Assembly: GCA_963735035.1 (NCBI GenBank)
Contig: CAVTJJ010000004.1
Coordinates: 608,001 to 672,000, forward strand
Origin: an uncultured candidate division Zixibacteria bacterium
Lineage (GTDB): Bacteria > Zixibacteria > MSB-5A5 > GN15 > FEB-12
Reading direction: 5' to 3'
DNA: 64,000 nucleotides
Shown here: one piece after another, positions 51,124-60,665 of the stretch
How positions within the stretch are numbered: the first letter of the stretch is position 1
Layout: every line of letters starts with the position of its first letter
Made by a program: the position numbers and the translations under genes
Notes under the pieces: model-generated
What the model saw: the letters and a program-made list of their open reading frames with translations, nothing else
The model's database searches: none
Told to the model about the DNA's origin: nothing

Positions 51124-51924
51124 ATGAAAAAGTATCTGCTAACATCAGTTGTGCTGGCGGCCATCTTGGTAAGCTGCAGCGCGCAACAGACAGCCCCGCC
51201 GCGACCGGCCGACTTTGTGGTGGTAGGTCTGAATCCGGACCAGCCGCCGTTCGCCTATCGGGACTCTTCCGGGCCATGTGTTGGTTTTGATGTCGAGCTG
51301 TTGTCGATGATCTGCCAGGCGAATCGCTGGCAGTGCGAGTTCCGACCGATGGCTTTCGACAGCCTTCGTGACGCCCTCGTGCGGGGCGACATCGATATCG
51401 CTGTCGGCGAAATTTCCACAAGTAACGGCGATTCCACCCAAATCGCCCGCTCCGATCCGTACTATCTGACCGGACTGGTGATGATTGTGGCGTCGGCCCA
51501 GCCGATGCCGGTCGGTGAAGCGTCCTGGCAGGGTAAGCTGGTCGCAGTGCCTCAGGATGTTCCCGGTAACGCTCTGGCGTTTACGCTCAAGGATGCACAG
51601 TTCCGGTCCTACGACCACGCGGATAACACGGTTGCTGAACTCGAGTCGGGGGGGATAGCGGCGCTGGTCGCAGACTACACCACGGCGCGAAGGATCGTAG
51701 TCGACCATGCCGGTTTGCATATTGTTCCAGGGATGCTGACGACCACTTACTATACGGTGGCTATGCGAACGGTCGACACTCTGCACATGAATAGATTCAA
51801 CAACACCCTGGCGGCGCTTCTCGGCGGCTACACCTATGAGCAGCTGCACATGAAATGGTTTGGCTATCCGCTGTTGAATGTCGCCGTGCCGGACTCCGTT
51901 TCTGCTCGCTGGGAGAAGCGTTAA
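51124..51924 (+). CDS. Polar amino-acid-type ABC substrate-binding lipoprotein (SBP family 3)
   Basis: Lipobox LVSC, PPFAY, GFDVEL, SDPYY, KWFG. Confidence 0.85.
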   Translation: MKKYLLTSVVLAAILVSCSAQQTAPPRPADFVVVGLNPDQPPFAYRDSSGPCVGFDVELLSMICQANRWQCEFRPMAFDSLRDALVRGDIDIAVGEISTSNGDSTQIARSDPYYLTGLVMIVASAQPMPVGEASWQGKLVAVPQDVPGNALAFTLKDAQFRSYDHADNTVAELESGGIAALVADYTTARRIVVDHAGLHIVPGMLTTTYYTVAMRTVDTLHMNRFNNTLAALLGGYTYEQLHMKWFGYPLLNVAVPDSVSARWEKR

Positions 51925-51992
51925 GTCACGGCGGCATCGCGGATCGACATTTGCGGTTGCCCCTTCTGAACGGATTGCATAGATTCACGGCC

Positions 51993-52694
51993 ATGGAGTT
52001 CCGACCTTACAAGCTACCTAGTTTCGAGGGACGAGTCGTCGCCATTGATGGCCCCGCAGGATCAGGGAAATCGACCACCGCGAAGATCCTCGCCGCTCGC
52101 CTGGGATACAAGTATCTCGATACCGGGGCGATGTACCGGGCGCTGACCTGGTTCGCGATTCAAAATGGTGTGGCGCCGTCGGACGGCACCAAGCTGGCGG
52201 TATTGGCCCGCTCGGTGGAGATAAATTTTGAGACCCACGAGGACGTCAACCGGGTGTTTATCAACGGTCAGGACGTAACTGAGGCCATCAGGACCCCGGT
52301 GGTGACACAGTTGGTCTCGGAAGTTTCAGCCCATAAGGGCGTGCGTCAGGCCATGGTTGATAAGCAGCGCGAGCTCGGGGAGAAGGGTGAAATCGTTGCC
52401 GAAGGCCGCGATACAACGACCGTAGTTTTCCCAGACGCCGATGTGAAAGTCTATCTCGATTGCGATGTCGCCACCCGCGCCCAACGCCGTTTGATTGATA
52501 TGGCAAGGATGGGCGTCTCGACCACGCTTCAGGAGCAGATGGCCGAGATCACCCGCCGCGACAAATACGATTCCGAGCGCAAACACTCGCCTCTCACCAG
52601 AGCGCGCGACGCCTATCTGGTCGAGACCACCAATACCACTATTGAAGAACAGGTGGAGCGAGTTCTGGCCCTTCTCAAGTCTGTACTGAAGTGA
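51993..52694 (+). CDS. cmk: Cytidylate kinase
   Basis: AIDGPAGSGKST, LDTGAMYRA, EGRD. Confidence 0.96.
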   Translation: MEFRPYKLPSFEGRVVAIDGPAGSGKSTTAKILAARLGYKYLDTGAMYRALTWFAIQNGVAPSDGTKLAVLARSVEINFETHEDVNRVFINGQDVTEAIRTPVVTQLVSEVSAHKGVRQAMVDKQRELGEKGEIVAEGRDTTTVVFPDADVKVYLDCDVATRAQRRLIDMARMGVSTTLQEQMAEITRRDKYDSERKHSPLTRARDAYLVETTNTTIEEQVERVLALLKSVLK

Positions 52695-53317
52695 AGCCGA
52701 GACCGGTATACTGGGCGGGATGGGCTTTCTTTCGGGTGATGTTCTGGCTGCTTTTCCGCCCGCGTGTTCTGGGACAGGAGAACATCCCGAGTACCGGTGG
52801 CTTTATCCTCGCGTCAAATCATATTTCCTACTACGACCCACCCATCGTCGGCTGTTGGCAGAAGCGACAGATGTATTTCTTCGCCAAGCAGGAATTGTTC
52901 CGAAACCGCCTATTTGGCGCCCTCATTCGTGCCGCTAACTCCATTCCTGTTAAGAGAGGCACAATCGACCGGCTGGCCGTAAGGATGGCCGTAGACGTCG
53001 TTCGCCAGGGTAACGGATTGGTAGTTTTCCCCGAGGGCACCCGGTCAAAAACTCCGCACTTTCTCCCGCCTAAAGCCGGCGTAGGGATGTTGGCGCGGGC
53101 GGCCCAGTGCCCGATCGTTCCCGCATATCTCTATGGTAACAATAGGCTTAAGGACTGTTTTTGGCGTCGGAAGCGGATGACTATCGCCTACGGCGAACCT
53201 CTCTCAGCCGATCTGGTGGCCTCTTTTGCCGACGACAAAGAAGGGTATCAGGCCTTGGCCGATGTCGTGATGGAACGAATAGGGCGTCTGCGCGATTATG
53301 TTGCCGCGCTCAAGTAA
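52691..53317 (+). CDS. plsC: 1-acyl-sn-glycerol-3-phosphate acyltransferase
   Basis: NHISYYD, FPEGTRS. Confidence 0.9.
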   Translation: MKPRPVYWAGWAFFRVMFWLLFRPRVLGQENIPSTGGFILASNHISYYDPPIVGCWQKRQMYFFAKQELFRNRLFGALIRAANSIPVKRGTIDRLAVRMAVDVVRQGNGLVVFPEGTRSKTPHFLPPKAGVGMLARAAQCPIVPAYLYGNNRLKDCFWRRKRMTIAYGEPLSADLVASFADDKEGYQALADVVMERIGRLRDYVAALK

Positions 53318-53520
53318 AGCCGGACGGCTCCCGACACTCCTCCCTGTCGGTCCCTCGCTGAAAAATCCATTTGGATTTTCGAACAGATTGCGTATATAGC
53401 AAGGCTCTCTTGGACCGAAAAACCGGAATCAAAGAGCCATTCAGCGGTTTTCTACGTCTTCCGTGAGGTGTGGAAAAATCCAAAACTGCTGGATCCCTTT
53501 AAGGAGGTAGTTTAAGACAG

Positions 53521-55581
53521 ATGGCAGAAGCCAGAAAAGCGACCAGAACCACTATTCCCACTCGTGCTACGAGCACCGTCAGATCATCCAAACGGAAGGC
53601 GACGAGTGGCCGCAAGACCACCAAGGTCAAAACCAAAATCAACAAGCCGGGAGCTCAGACCGAAGAATCGGATGTCCTAACTCTTCAGACGGAGGATACT
53701 TCCGATGAACGTTTGATGACTGCCCGCCGTCAGCGCGTGCTGACCAAGGCGAAGGCGCGTATCGAACTCGGTCCGGCGGAGGAAGTCGAAGAGACAGTCG
53801 ACGCTGTCAAGATCACCGACGTCTCGGGCGTTGTCTACGACAAAGCCCAGTACGACGCGATGGTCGAGATGTACGACGCCACGATCAAGGACATCCGCGA
53901 AGGCGAAATCATCCACGGCAGCGTGATCGGGGTCAATCCCGATGACGTTATCGTCGATGTCGGTTTCAAGTCCGAAGGCCGTATTCCGATCGTCGAATTC
54001 CCTCACCCGCTCAATATCAAAGTGGGCGACAAAGTTGATGTCTTCCTCGAGATGATTGAAGACAGCAACGGGCAACTCCTGCTCTCGAAGCAGAAGGCCG
54101 ACTTCATGCTGGTCTGGGATCGTATCCGGGAACTTCACGATGCCGGAGAGACGGTCCAGGGTCGGGTGATACGGCGCATCAAGGGCGGCGTCATTGTCGA
54201 CATCATGGGTGTCGATGCTTTCCTGCCGGGCTCGCAGATTTCCCTGCGGCAGGTGCCGGATTTTGACGCCCTCATCGATCAGATGATGGATCTGAAAATC
54301 ATCAAGATTAACAAGAACCGTCGCAATATCGTTGTCTCCCGTCGTGTCGTGCTCGAAAAAGAGCGCGAGAAGATGCGGGACGAGTTGCTGAAGGAAATCG
54401 AAATCGGCCAGATTCGCCAGGGTGTGGTGAAGAACGTCACCGATTTTGGTGTCTTCATCGACATGGGCGGTGTTGACGGTCTTCTTCATATTACCGATAT
54501 GTCCTGGGGCCGGGTGCGTCATCCTTCCGAGATGGTCAACCTGGGCGACACGATCGACGTCAAAATTCTGGATTTCGACCAGAACACGACGCGCATTTCG
54601 CTCGGCTTGAAGCAGATGACCCCGTATCCGTGGGAAAATATCGAAGAGAAGTATCCGCTCGGTAAGAAAGTTACCGGCCGGGTGGTCTCTATTACCGATT
54701 ACGGTGCGTTTATCGAACTGGAAAAAGGTATCGAGGGTCTCATTCATATTTCCGAGATGTCCTGGACCCAGCATATCAAGCATCCGTCCAAGATCATGAA
54801 CGTGAACGACGAGGTCGATGCCGTGGTCCTGTCGGTCGACAAGGACAACGAAAAGATCTCGCTCGGTATCAAACAGATGGAGCCGGATCCGTGGCTTACG
54901 ATCGAAGGCAAGTATCCGATCGGTAAAGTCCTTACCGGCAAAGTCCGCAACCTGACCGCGTTCGGCGCCTTCGTCGAGCTCGAGGAAGGTATCGACGGCC
55001 TGGTACATATCTCGGATATGTCCTGGACCAAGCGGATTCAGCATCCGTCGGAAGTGATGAAGAAGGGTGACGTTGTCCAGGTGAAGGTGATCCGCATCGA
55101 TCACGAGAACCGTCGGATTTCGCTCGGCTTCAAGCAGCTTACCGAGGATCCGTGGCCGGTTCTGGCCGACCAGTTCAAGGTGGGCGCGGAATGTCTGGGC
55201 ACGATCAACAAGGTGTTTGACCGCGGAGTCGTGGTAGACCTGGGTTCAGATGTCGAAGGGTTTGTCCCGACCAGCCAATTGGCCGGACGCGATTTGGCCG
55301 ACCCGACCGGCGTCTTCAAAGAGGGCGAACAAATCCCGTTGCAGGTGATTGAATTCGATCAGCACCAGCATAAGGTCGTTCTCTCGGTCCTGGCCTATTA
55401 CAAGAAGCGGGAGCGCGAAGAGTTCGAAGGCTACCTCGCGCAGCACCAGCCGGTCGCTACGGCGATGGGCGACGCTATGCCGGAGACGATGAAAGCCGCC
55501 GCGGCCGAAATCGCCCCGGAAGTGGAGTCGAATCCGCCGTCCGAATCGGGCGACACGGATACGCTCGCCGAAGAGGCCTAG
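53521..55581 (+). CDS. rpsA: 30S ribosomal protein S1 with basic N-terminal extension
   Basis: Six S1 domains (DVGFKSEG, GLLHITDMSW, GLIHISEMSW...); SD aaggaggt; cmk-plsC-rpsA synteny. Confidence 0.97.
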   Translation: MAEARKATRTTIPTRATSTVRSSKRKATSGRKTTKVKTKINKPGAQTEESDVLTLQTEDTSDERLMTARRQRVLTKAKARIELGPAEEVEETVDAVKITDVSGVVYDKAQYDAMVEMYDATIKDIREGEIIHGSVIGVNPDDVIVDVGFKSEGRIPIVEFPHPLNIKVGDKVDVFLEMIEDSNGQLLLSKQKADFMLVWDRIRELHDAGETVQGRVIRRIKGGVIVDIMGVDAFLPGSQISLRQVPDFDALIDQMMDLKIIKINKNRRNIVVSRRVVLEKEREKMRDELLKEIEIGQIRQGVVKNVTDFGVFIDMGGVDGLLHITDMSWGRVRHPSEMVNLGDTIDVKILDFDQNTTRISLGLKQMTPYPWENIEEKYPLGKKVTGRVVSITDYGAFIELEKGIEGLIHISEMSWTQHIKHPSKIMNVNDEVDAVVLSVDKDNEKISLGIKQMEPDPWLTIEGKYPIGKVLTGKVRNLTAFGAFVELEEGIDGLVHISDMSWTKRIQHPSEVMKKGDVVQVKVIRIDHENRRISLGFKQLTEDPWPVLADQFKVGAECLGTINKVFDRGVVVDLGSDVEGFVPTSQLAGRDLADPTGVFKEGEQIPLQVIEFDQHQHKVVLSVLAYYKKREREEFEGYLAQHQPVATAMGDAMPETMKAAAAEIAPEVESNPPSESGDTDTLAEEA

Positions 55582-55603
55582 TAGTCTGAAATTGACATAA
55601 GGT

Positions 55604-55641
55604 GAAGCGGCGGTCAAACTATTGACCGCCGCTTCTTTGTT
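55604..55641 (+). terminator. rpsA intrinsic terminator
   Basis: 14-bp stem gaagcggcggtcaa/ttgaccgccgcttc plus tttgtt. Confidence 0.85.
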
Positions 55642-55714
55642 GAATAGGAACACTCGGCTCTTGTTCCAGCGCCGGTTAGAGAGTAGTTTTTCTCCGGATG
55701 GTGTCGGACGAAAT

Positions 55715-55778
55715 GTGGGCGGCACACGTCCCCGTGTGCCCCCGCTGATGGGGCAGAGCAGGAGGTCTGCCGCCCACG
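55715..55778. repeat. Inverted GTGG-type REP pair
   Basis: gtgggcggcacacg..cgtgtgcc and ggcaga..tctgccgcccac. Confidence 0.65.
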
Positions 55779-55816
55779 GGATGCACAAGAGCGTCGTTGA
55801 ATGCGCCGAACTGATT

Positions 55817-56818
55817 ATGATGATCTCGCGTAAAGGCTTCTGGGCCGAATTGAAAAAGCCGATCCTGGCGCTGTCGCCGATGGATGACATCACCGACGCC
55901 GCTTTCAGGCTGTTGATCGCCCGCTGCGGCAAGCCGGATGTGATGATCACGGAATTTGTTTCGGTCGACGGTCTCTGCAGCGCCGGACGCGAGCGCCTGC
56001 TCAAAGACCTGCGCTTCGATCAAAGTGAGCGACCGGTGGTCGCACAACTGTTCGGCAGCGATCCGGAGTTGTTCCGACAGAGTGCGGCGCTCATGGTCGA
56101 GCTTGGCTTTGACGGGATTGACATCAACATGGGGTGTCCGGTCAAAGCGGTGTGCAACATCGGCGCGGGGTCGTCTCTGATCAAAGAGCCGATCAAGGCG
56201 CAAGAAGTCATTCAAGCGACCATCGCCGGAGCGGGCAATTTGCCGGTGTCGGTCAAGACGAGAATCGGTTACAGCAAGATCGAATCAGAGGCGTGGGTAA
56301 CCTGTCTTCTGGCGGCTAGACCCGCCGCGATTACGTTCCATCTTCGCACCAAGAAAGAGCAGTCACAGGTTCCGGCGCACTGGGAAGAGATGCCACGGAT
56401 TGTCGATCTGGCGCGCGGTTCCGGGGTGCTGATTCTAGGCAATGGCGATATCAAGTCGGTCGAGCAGGCGGAGAAGGTGGTTGCGGAGACGGGGTGCGAC
56501 GGGGTCATGATCGGGCGGGCGATTTTCGGCAATCCCTGGCTGTTCAACCGGAATCGAAAGCTCGAAGACGTCACGATGGATGAACTGCTCGAAACGATGC
56601 TGGCCCATTGTCATCTTTATGATGAGGTCTTCCGTGATGACAAGAAGTTCCTCGTCATGCGCAAGCATCTTATGGCTTATGCGTCAGGCTTCCCCGGCGC
56701 CAAGGAACTACGCATGTCGATGGAGCGGGTATTCACAACGGCCGACGTAGTCGCGGCGGTGGAAGCCTTCCGACAAAATAGTAGGTCGGGTTTGCGGAGT
56801 GATGAGCGGAGCGAATAA
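55817..56818 (+). CDS. dus: tRNA-dihydrouridine synthase
   Basis: LSPMDDITD, DINMGCP, SVKTRIG, GNGDI, DGVMIGR. Confidence 0.93.
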   Translation: MMISRKGFWAELKKPILALSPMDDITDAAFRLLIARCGKPDVMITEFVSVDGLCSAGRERLLKDLRFDQSERPVVAQLFGSDPELFRQSAALMVELGFDGIDINMGCPVKAVCNIGAGSSLIKEPIKAQEVIQATIAGAGNLPVSVKTRIGYSKIESEAWVTCLLAARPAAITFHLRTKKEQSQVPAHWEEMPRIVDLARGSGVLILGNGDIKSVEQAEKVVAETGCDGVMIGRAIFGNPWLFNRNRKLEDVTMDELLETMLAHCHLYDEVFRDDKKFLVMRKHLMAYASGFPGAKELRMSMERVFTTADVVAAVEAFRQNSRSGLRSDERSE

Positions 56819-56841
56819 CGACAAACCCGACATGAAATCTT

Positions 56842-56982
56842 GTAGGGCAGGTCCGTCTTCGAACCTGCCATTGTGCCATGATCTGAGGATTGGCGGGTTT
56901 GAAGCAGACCCGCCCTACATTAAGCTCAGATACGTGGTAGACGAGGACCCCGGAACAAGTCCGGGGCAGGCTCCACCACGCA
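56842..56982. repeat. Inverted GTAG-type REP pair plus GTGG element with nested insert
   Basis: gtagggcaggtccgtcttcgaacctgcc ... ggcgggtttgaagcagacccgccctac; matches copies at 28816, 35111 and 35671. Confidence 0.8.
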
Positions 56983-56992
56983 CGGTACATAC

Positions 56993-58303
56993 ATGAGTAG
57001 CGTAGCACAAAAGAAACTCTCCTTCCAAACCGTTGGCTGTCGGCTCAATCAATACGAGACCGAAAAGATGGTCGCGTCGCTCTACCCGTATGGGTTCCGT
57101 AGGACCAACCACGGCGAACAGGCTGACCTCTATTTGATCAATACGTGCACCGTTACTCATAGGGCCGACACCACCAATCGGCAACTCATTCAAAAGGCGG
57201 CGCGGGAGAACCCGAACGCCCGGATTGTAGTCGCCGGTTGTTACGTAGATGCTGATGCTCACGAAGTGATCGGGATGGAAGCGGTCGATGTCATCATTCC
57301 CAACCATGACAAACCGCGAATCGTCGAGATTCTGTCCGAACGGTTGTCGGAGCTGTTTGTCGGAGTTCCTGCCAGAGTCGAGGTTGATTCTCCTGGCGTA
57401 TTCGAGCGTCAAAACCGGGCCTGGCTGAAAATCTCCGACGGCTGCAACCAGCGCTGCACGTTTTGTGTTCTGCCGACCGTGCGCGGGTCGCTTCGGAACC
57501 GTCCACCGCTGGAAATATTATCCGAAGTGCGCGAGTTGCAGGCACTCGGGTTTCAAGAGATCGTGCTGACCGGGGTCAATATCGGTCACTATCACAGTCG
57601 TACGCATGAACCTCGGGTGAAGAACCTGGCGCAACTCTGTCGTTTGATCTTGGACGAGACCGATCTGCCGCGCCTTCGCCTGTCATCGATAGAACCGCAG
57701 ACAGTTCGCGATGAATTGTTGCAGGTGTGCGCCGATTCACGCGGACGAATCTGCCGCCACTTTCATGTACCGCTTCAGTCTGGCTCGTCGCGCCTGCTTC
57801 GAGTCATGCGGCGGCCGTATGATCGCGATACATACTTACAACGTGTGGCGGATGCGCGTTCGTCGCGGCCAAATACAACTGTCGGCGCCGATGTGATTGT
57901 CGGCGTACCGGGCGAGACCGATGAAGATTTTGCGCAGACAGTTGCGGTCGCAGAATCCGGGTTGCTCGACTATCTGCACGTGTTCAGCTATTCGGATCGC
58001 TCCGGGACGGCAGCGTCGGCCACGAACGGCAAGGTGCCGAGGGAAATCATCCGAGATCGCAGGGCGGTTCTCACAGCGATATCGGATCGGATGTGGGCCA
58101 AAGCGCACGCGCGGCAGGTGGGGGAGACGCTCGAAGTGATCGCCGAGCAGGCGGGACCGAAACGGGGTGTTCGGTTCGGGATTTCGGACAACTATATCAA
58201 CGTGAAGCTGCCGCTTGATTTCGACGGCGGCCGGGCGATTCATCACGTGAAGATCACGTCAGCAGCGGCGGGGTCTGTAGAGGGGGAGGTGTTAAACGTA
58301 TGA
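56993..58303 (+). CDS. mtaB: tRNA t6A37 methylthiotransferase
   Basis: GCRLNQYE, INTCTVT, CNQRCTFC radical SAM motif, HVFSYS.R.GT.A. Confidence 0.92.
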   Translation: MSSVAQKKLSFQTVGCRLNQYETEKMVASLYPYGFRRTNHGEQADLYLINTCTVTHRADTTNRQLIQKAARENPNARIVVAGCYVDADAHEVIGMEAVDVIIPNHDKPRIVEILSERLSELFVGVPARVEVDSPGVFERQNRAWLKISDGCNQRCTFCVLPTVRGSLRNRPPLEILSEVRELQALGFQEIVLTGVNIGHYHSRTHEPRVKNLAQLCRLILDETDLPRLRLSSIEPQTVRDELLQVCADSRGRICRHFHVPLQSGSSRLLRVMRRPYDRDTYLQRVADARSSRPNTTVGADVIVGVPGETDEDFAQTVAVAESGLLDYLHVFSYSDRSGTAASATNGKVPREIIRDRRAVLTAISDRMWAKAHARQVGETLEVIAEQAGPKRGVRFGISDNYINVKLPLDFDGGRAIHHVKITSAAAGSVEGEVLNV

Positions 58304-58372
58304 AAGACCATAGGCCTGTAGCCACACCCATGTGCGAATTGTGAGGTACGAGAGTTACAATTTACGGAGACG

Positions 58373-60511
58373 TCAGACCATTTCAGGAGAGAACATATCT
58401 TGGGAATCTTGTCCGGTGAAAGTACAAATTTGGATGTCCTGACAACTACCGCCCAATGACAGAAACTGACGAACGGTGTTATTGCAGCGAGGGTTGCCTG
58501 ATCTTGTCAAGCTCGAAAGCAGCAGGTTTGAGGACTGGTTTTCTGAGTGGGCTCGAAACCACTTTGTATCGCAAATAATGATCAATTGCTCCTTGGCGCG
58601 AGAAAAGGCCACGGTCATGAGTCTCGTCCCCGTGTAGTGCGCAAACAATGGTGAAGAAGATGGTTTGTCTGGAGCACAAACTAGATCAAATATTACGATG
58701 TCGGCACTGGAACCCTGAAAACGATGAACAGTCCCGACAGATATCCTATCTGCGTCATTCCTGTCATCTTCATCTCTATAGCTATCTTCGAGGACTGATT
58801 CTATCAATTGCGCCTGCGCTCCAAATGGAGTGATGATACCGACTGATGCCTCTGGAACACGCCGTAGTGAAGTTCTGGCCAAGCGCACAGCTAATTCTGC
58901 CGAATACTTATTCTCCCAACTCTTGCCTCGCTTACTACAGTTGCTCTGGACACATTCGGACGTCTCACAAATCACCAGACGTGGAATATCACAAAAGTCC
59001 TCAGCAAATGACTTGCGGCCGTGAAGGTTGATGTTCACCCCTTTGTACAGCGACGAGATCGTGCGCCAAATAGATGGGTGACACCGACGTTGCTCCATAA
59101 TGCGGTACAAGATTGCCGTATTGTCGTTGATAGGTGCGTCACTACTAATCGTAACATCCACGATTCCTGATAGTGCGAATATGTCTTGGCCCATCAGTGT
59201 TCTCTCGCTCACTGTCGTGTTGTCGGTTTCTTCGAACACGGGGCCGAGTTGTCGTGGATCGCCAGCCAACAACAAAGTGTCTTGCGCAAGAGACGAAATG
59301 AAATATAGTAGACCTGGAGTTGCCATAGTAACTTCGTCCACAACTACTAGGTCCCATACTTGATTCGTTATTGGACTGGAGGACAGATATCCAAGAGTTG
59401 TGGTTGTAGTGACTACGGTGCATTGTGAGACATGCTCGGCAACAGCTTTTCGTAGTTCTTCTCTTCGTACATACTGCTCTCCGCGAAGCATTATTATCGC
59501 TTCATTGTCAGACTCTCGTTTCTTCTGTTCGAGTTCAGCCGTGATGCGTCCTATCGCCGTCGTTATCTCCTCTTGAGCGGTAGAGCCAAGTATTGCGGCA
59601 CATTTGAGAATGGAAGGCATTCGCGCATAGCCGAAACGAAGAATGGTTCTGTCAGTAATGAGCGCTTCGAGTTGGCATCGGCGTAGAGCTTGCACGACTT
59701 CAGTCATGAGAACGTCGGCAGCTAGATTTGAAGGTGCGAGAAGAAGTACTCGGTTGCGAGGATGGCGTTGCACATACTTCGCGACATATTGTCCAAGGGC
59801 ATATGTCTTGCCAGCTCCTGGCGGTCCCCAAAGTAATCTGGTTGTTGGGCCAGTGTCGGCAAGTAAGTTCTCGGCAACTTCGTTCGATGAAGTTAGTTTC
59901 TTTGATATCGAATTAGCATCGCCAGCTGTCACGATTGGTTTGAAGCGCGCTGGTGTACTTGTTAGGCTGTCTACGCGATCGGCCAACTCAGTCAAGAGAA
60001 AACCCTTGTCTATAGCCAAGCGTGCAGGCAACTGCACTTGACCGCAGTCTTCTGGAGTCATGAAATACACTGCATTCTCGGTATCGTCTGTGCCCAGAAT
60101 CACGCCATCAACTGGTCGGCGAAATGTTGATGAATGTATTGCGCTGCACGCTTTCAAGCGAACTGGTGTCCCAGAGGAGATCCGATGGTTATGGTCTCTG
60201 GCTTCTAAATGGAGCCAGTAAACCCATCGGTTTTGGACTCTGTTCTTAAGACAGCGCAAATCGCTTACAAGGTATTCTATGTTTTCCAGCGACCCCGCGT
60301 ATCGCCTAATTGTCCTTGCGACTGAATTCGGCGAGTCAAAATCCAGACCACTCGCACGAGTCCGTTGTTCTATCCTATCTAAAGCTTCGTCGGTGACACA
60401 TATGCGCCCTCTCAATGAGAGGCTGAAGTACTGGGGGTACGCTCTGCGCAATGTACTCGACAATGGCAATATGATCCGCTGAGTACGAGCCCTCGAATTT
60501 CTTAGCCACAA
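58373..60511 (-). CDS. Superfamily 1 helicase, Upf1/DNA2-like (start uncertain)
   Basis: GPPGAGKT, APSNLAAD, DEV, GDPRQLGP, QRRCHP, IITPF, TVHRFQG, SRAK. Confidence 0.88.
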   Translation of the reverse strand: MWLRNSRARTQRIILPLSSTLRRAYPQYFSLSLRGRICVTDEALDRIEQRTRASGLDFDSPNSVARTIRRYAGSLENIEYLVSDLRCLKNRVQNRWVYWLHLEARDHNHRISSGTPVRLKACSAIHSSTFRRPVDGVILGTDDTENAVYFMTPEDCGQVQLPARLAIDKGFLLTELADRVDSLTSTPARFKPIVTAGDANSISKKLTSSNEVAENLLADTGPTTRLLWGPPGAGKTYALGQYVAKYVQRHPRNRVLLLAPSNLAADVLMTEVVQALRRCQLEALITDRTILRFGYARMPSILKCAAILGSTAQEEITTAIGRITAELEQKKRESDNEAIIMLRGEQYVRREELRKAVAEHVSQCTVVTTTTTLGYLSSSPITNQVWDLVVVDEVTMATPGLLYFISSLAQDTLLLAGDPRQLGPVFEETDNTTVSERTLMGQDIFALSGIVDVTISSDAPINDNTAILYRIMEQRRCHPSIWRTISSLYKGVNINLHGRKSFAEDFCDIPRLVICETSECVQSNCSKRGKSWENKYSAELAVRLARTSLRRVPEASVGIITPFGAQAQLIESVLEDSYRDEDDRNDADRISVGTVHRFQGSSADIVIFDLVCAPDKPSSSPLFAHYTGTRLMTVAFSRAKEQLIIICDTKWFRAHSENQSSNLLLSSLTRSGNPRCNNTVRQFLSLGGSCQDIQICTFTGQDSQDMFSPEMV

Positions 60512-60665
60512 GCCCTGTTGTTACCCACCCGTTGTTTGCGACAGTTGTCAGTTCGCGTATCGTATCAATCAGTTCCGTCTATTCGATCGTTCGGATTGAG
60601 CGGCATATTTCTACTCAGATCGTATCCAGTAGCGTACAGGGTTCACTTGCGCGGGGAGCCATCCA

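Noticed and set aside
53677..55104. Long antisense ORFs (also 31292-32302, 20382-21356, 14695-15540)
   Set aside because: They shadow well-supported genes, as expected from GC-rich codon bias, and have no recognisable motifs
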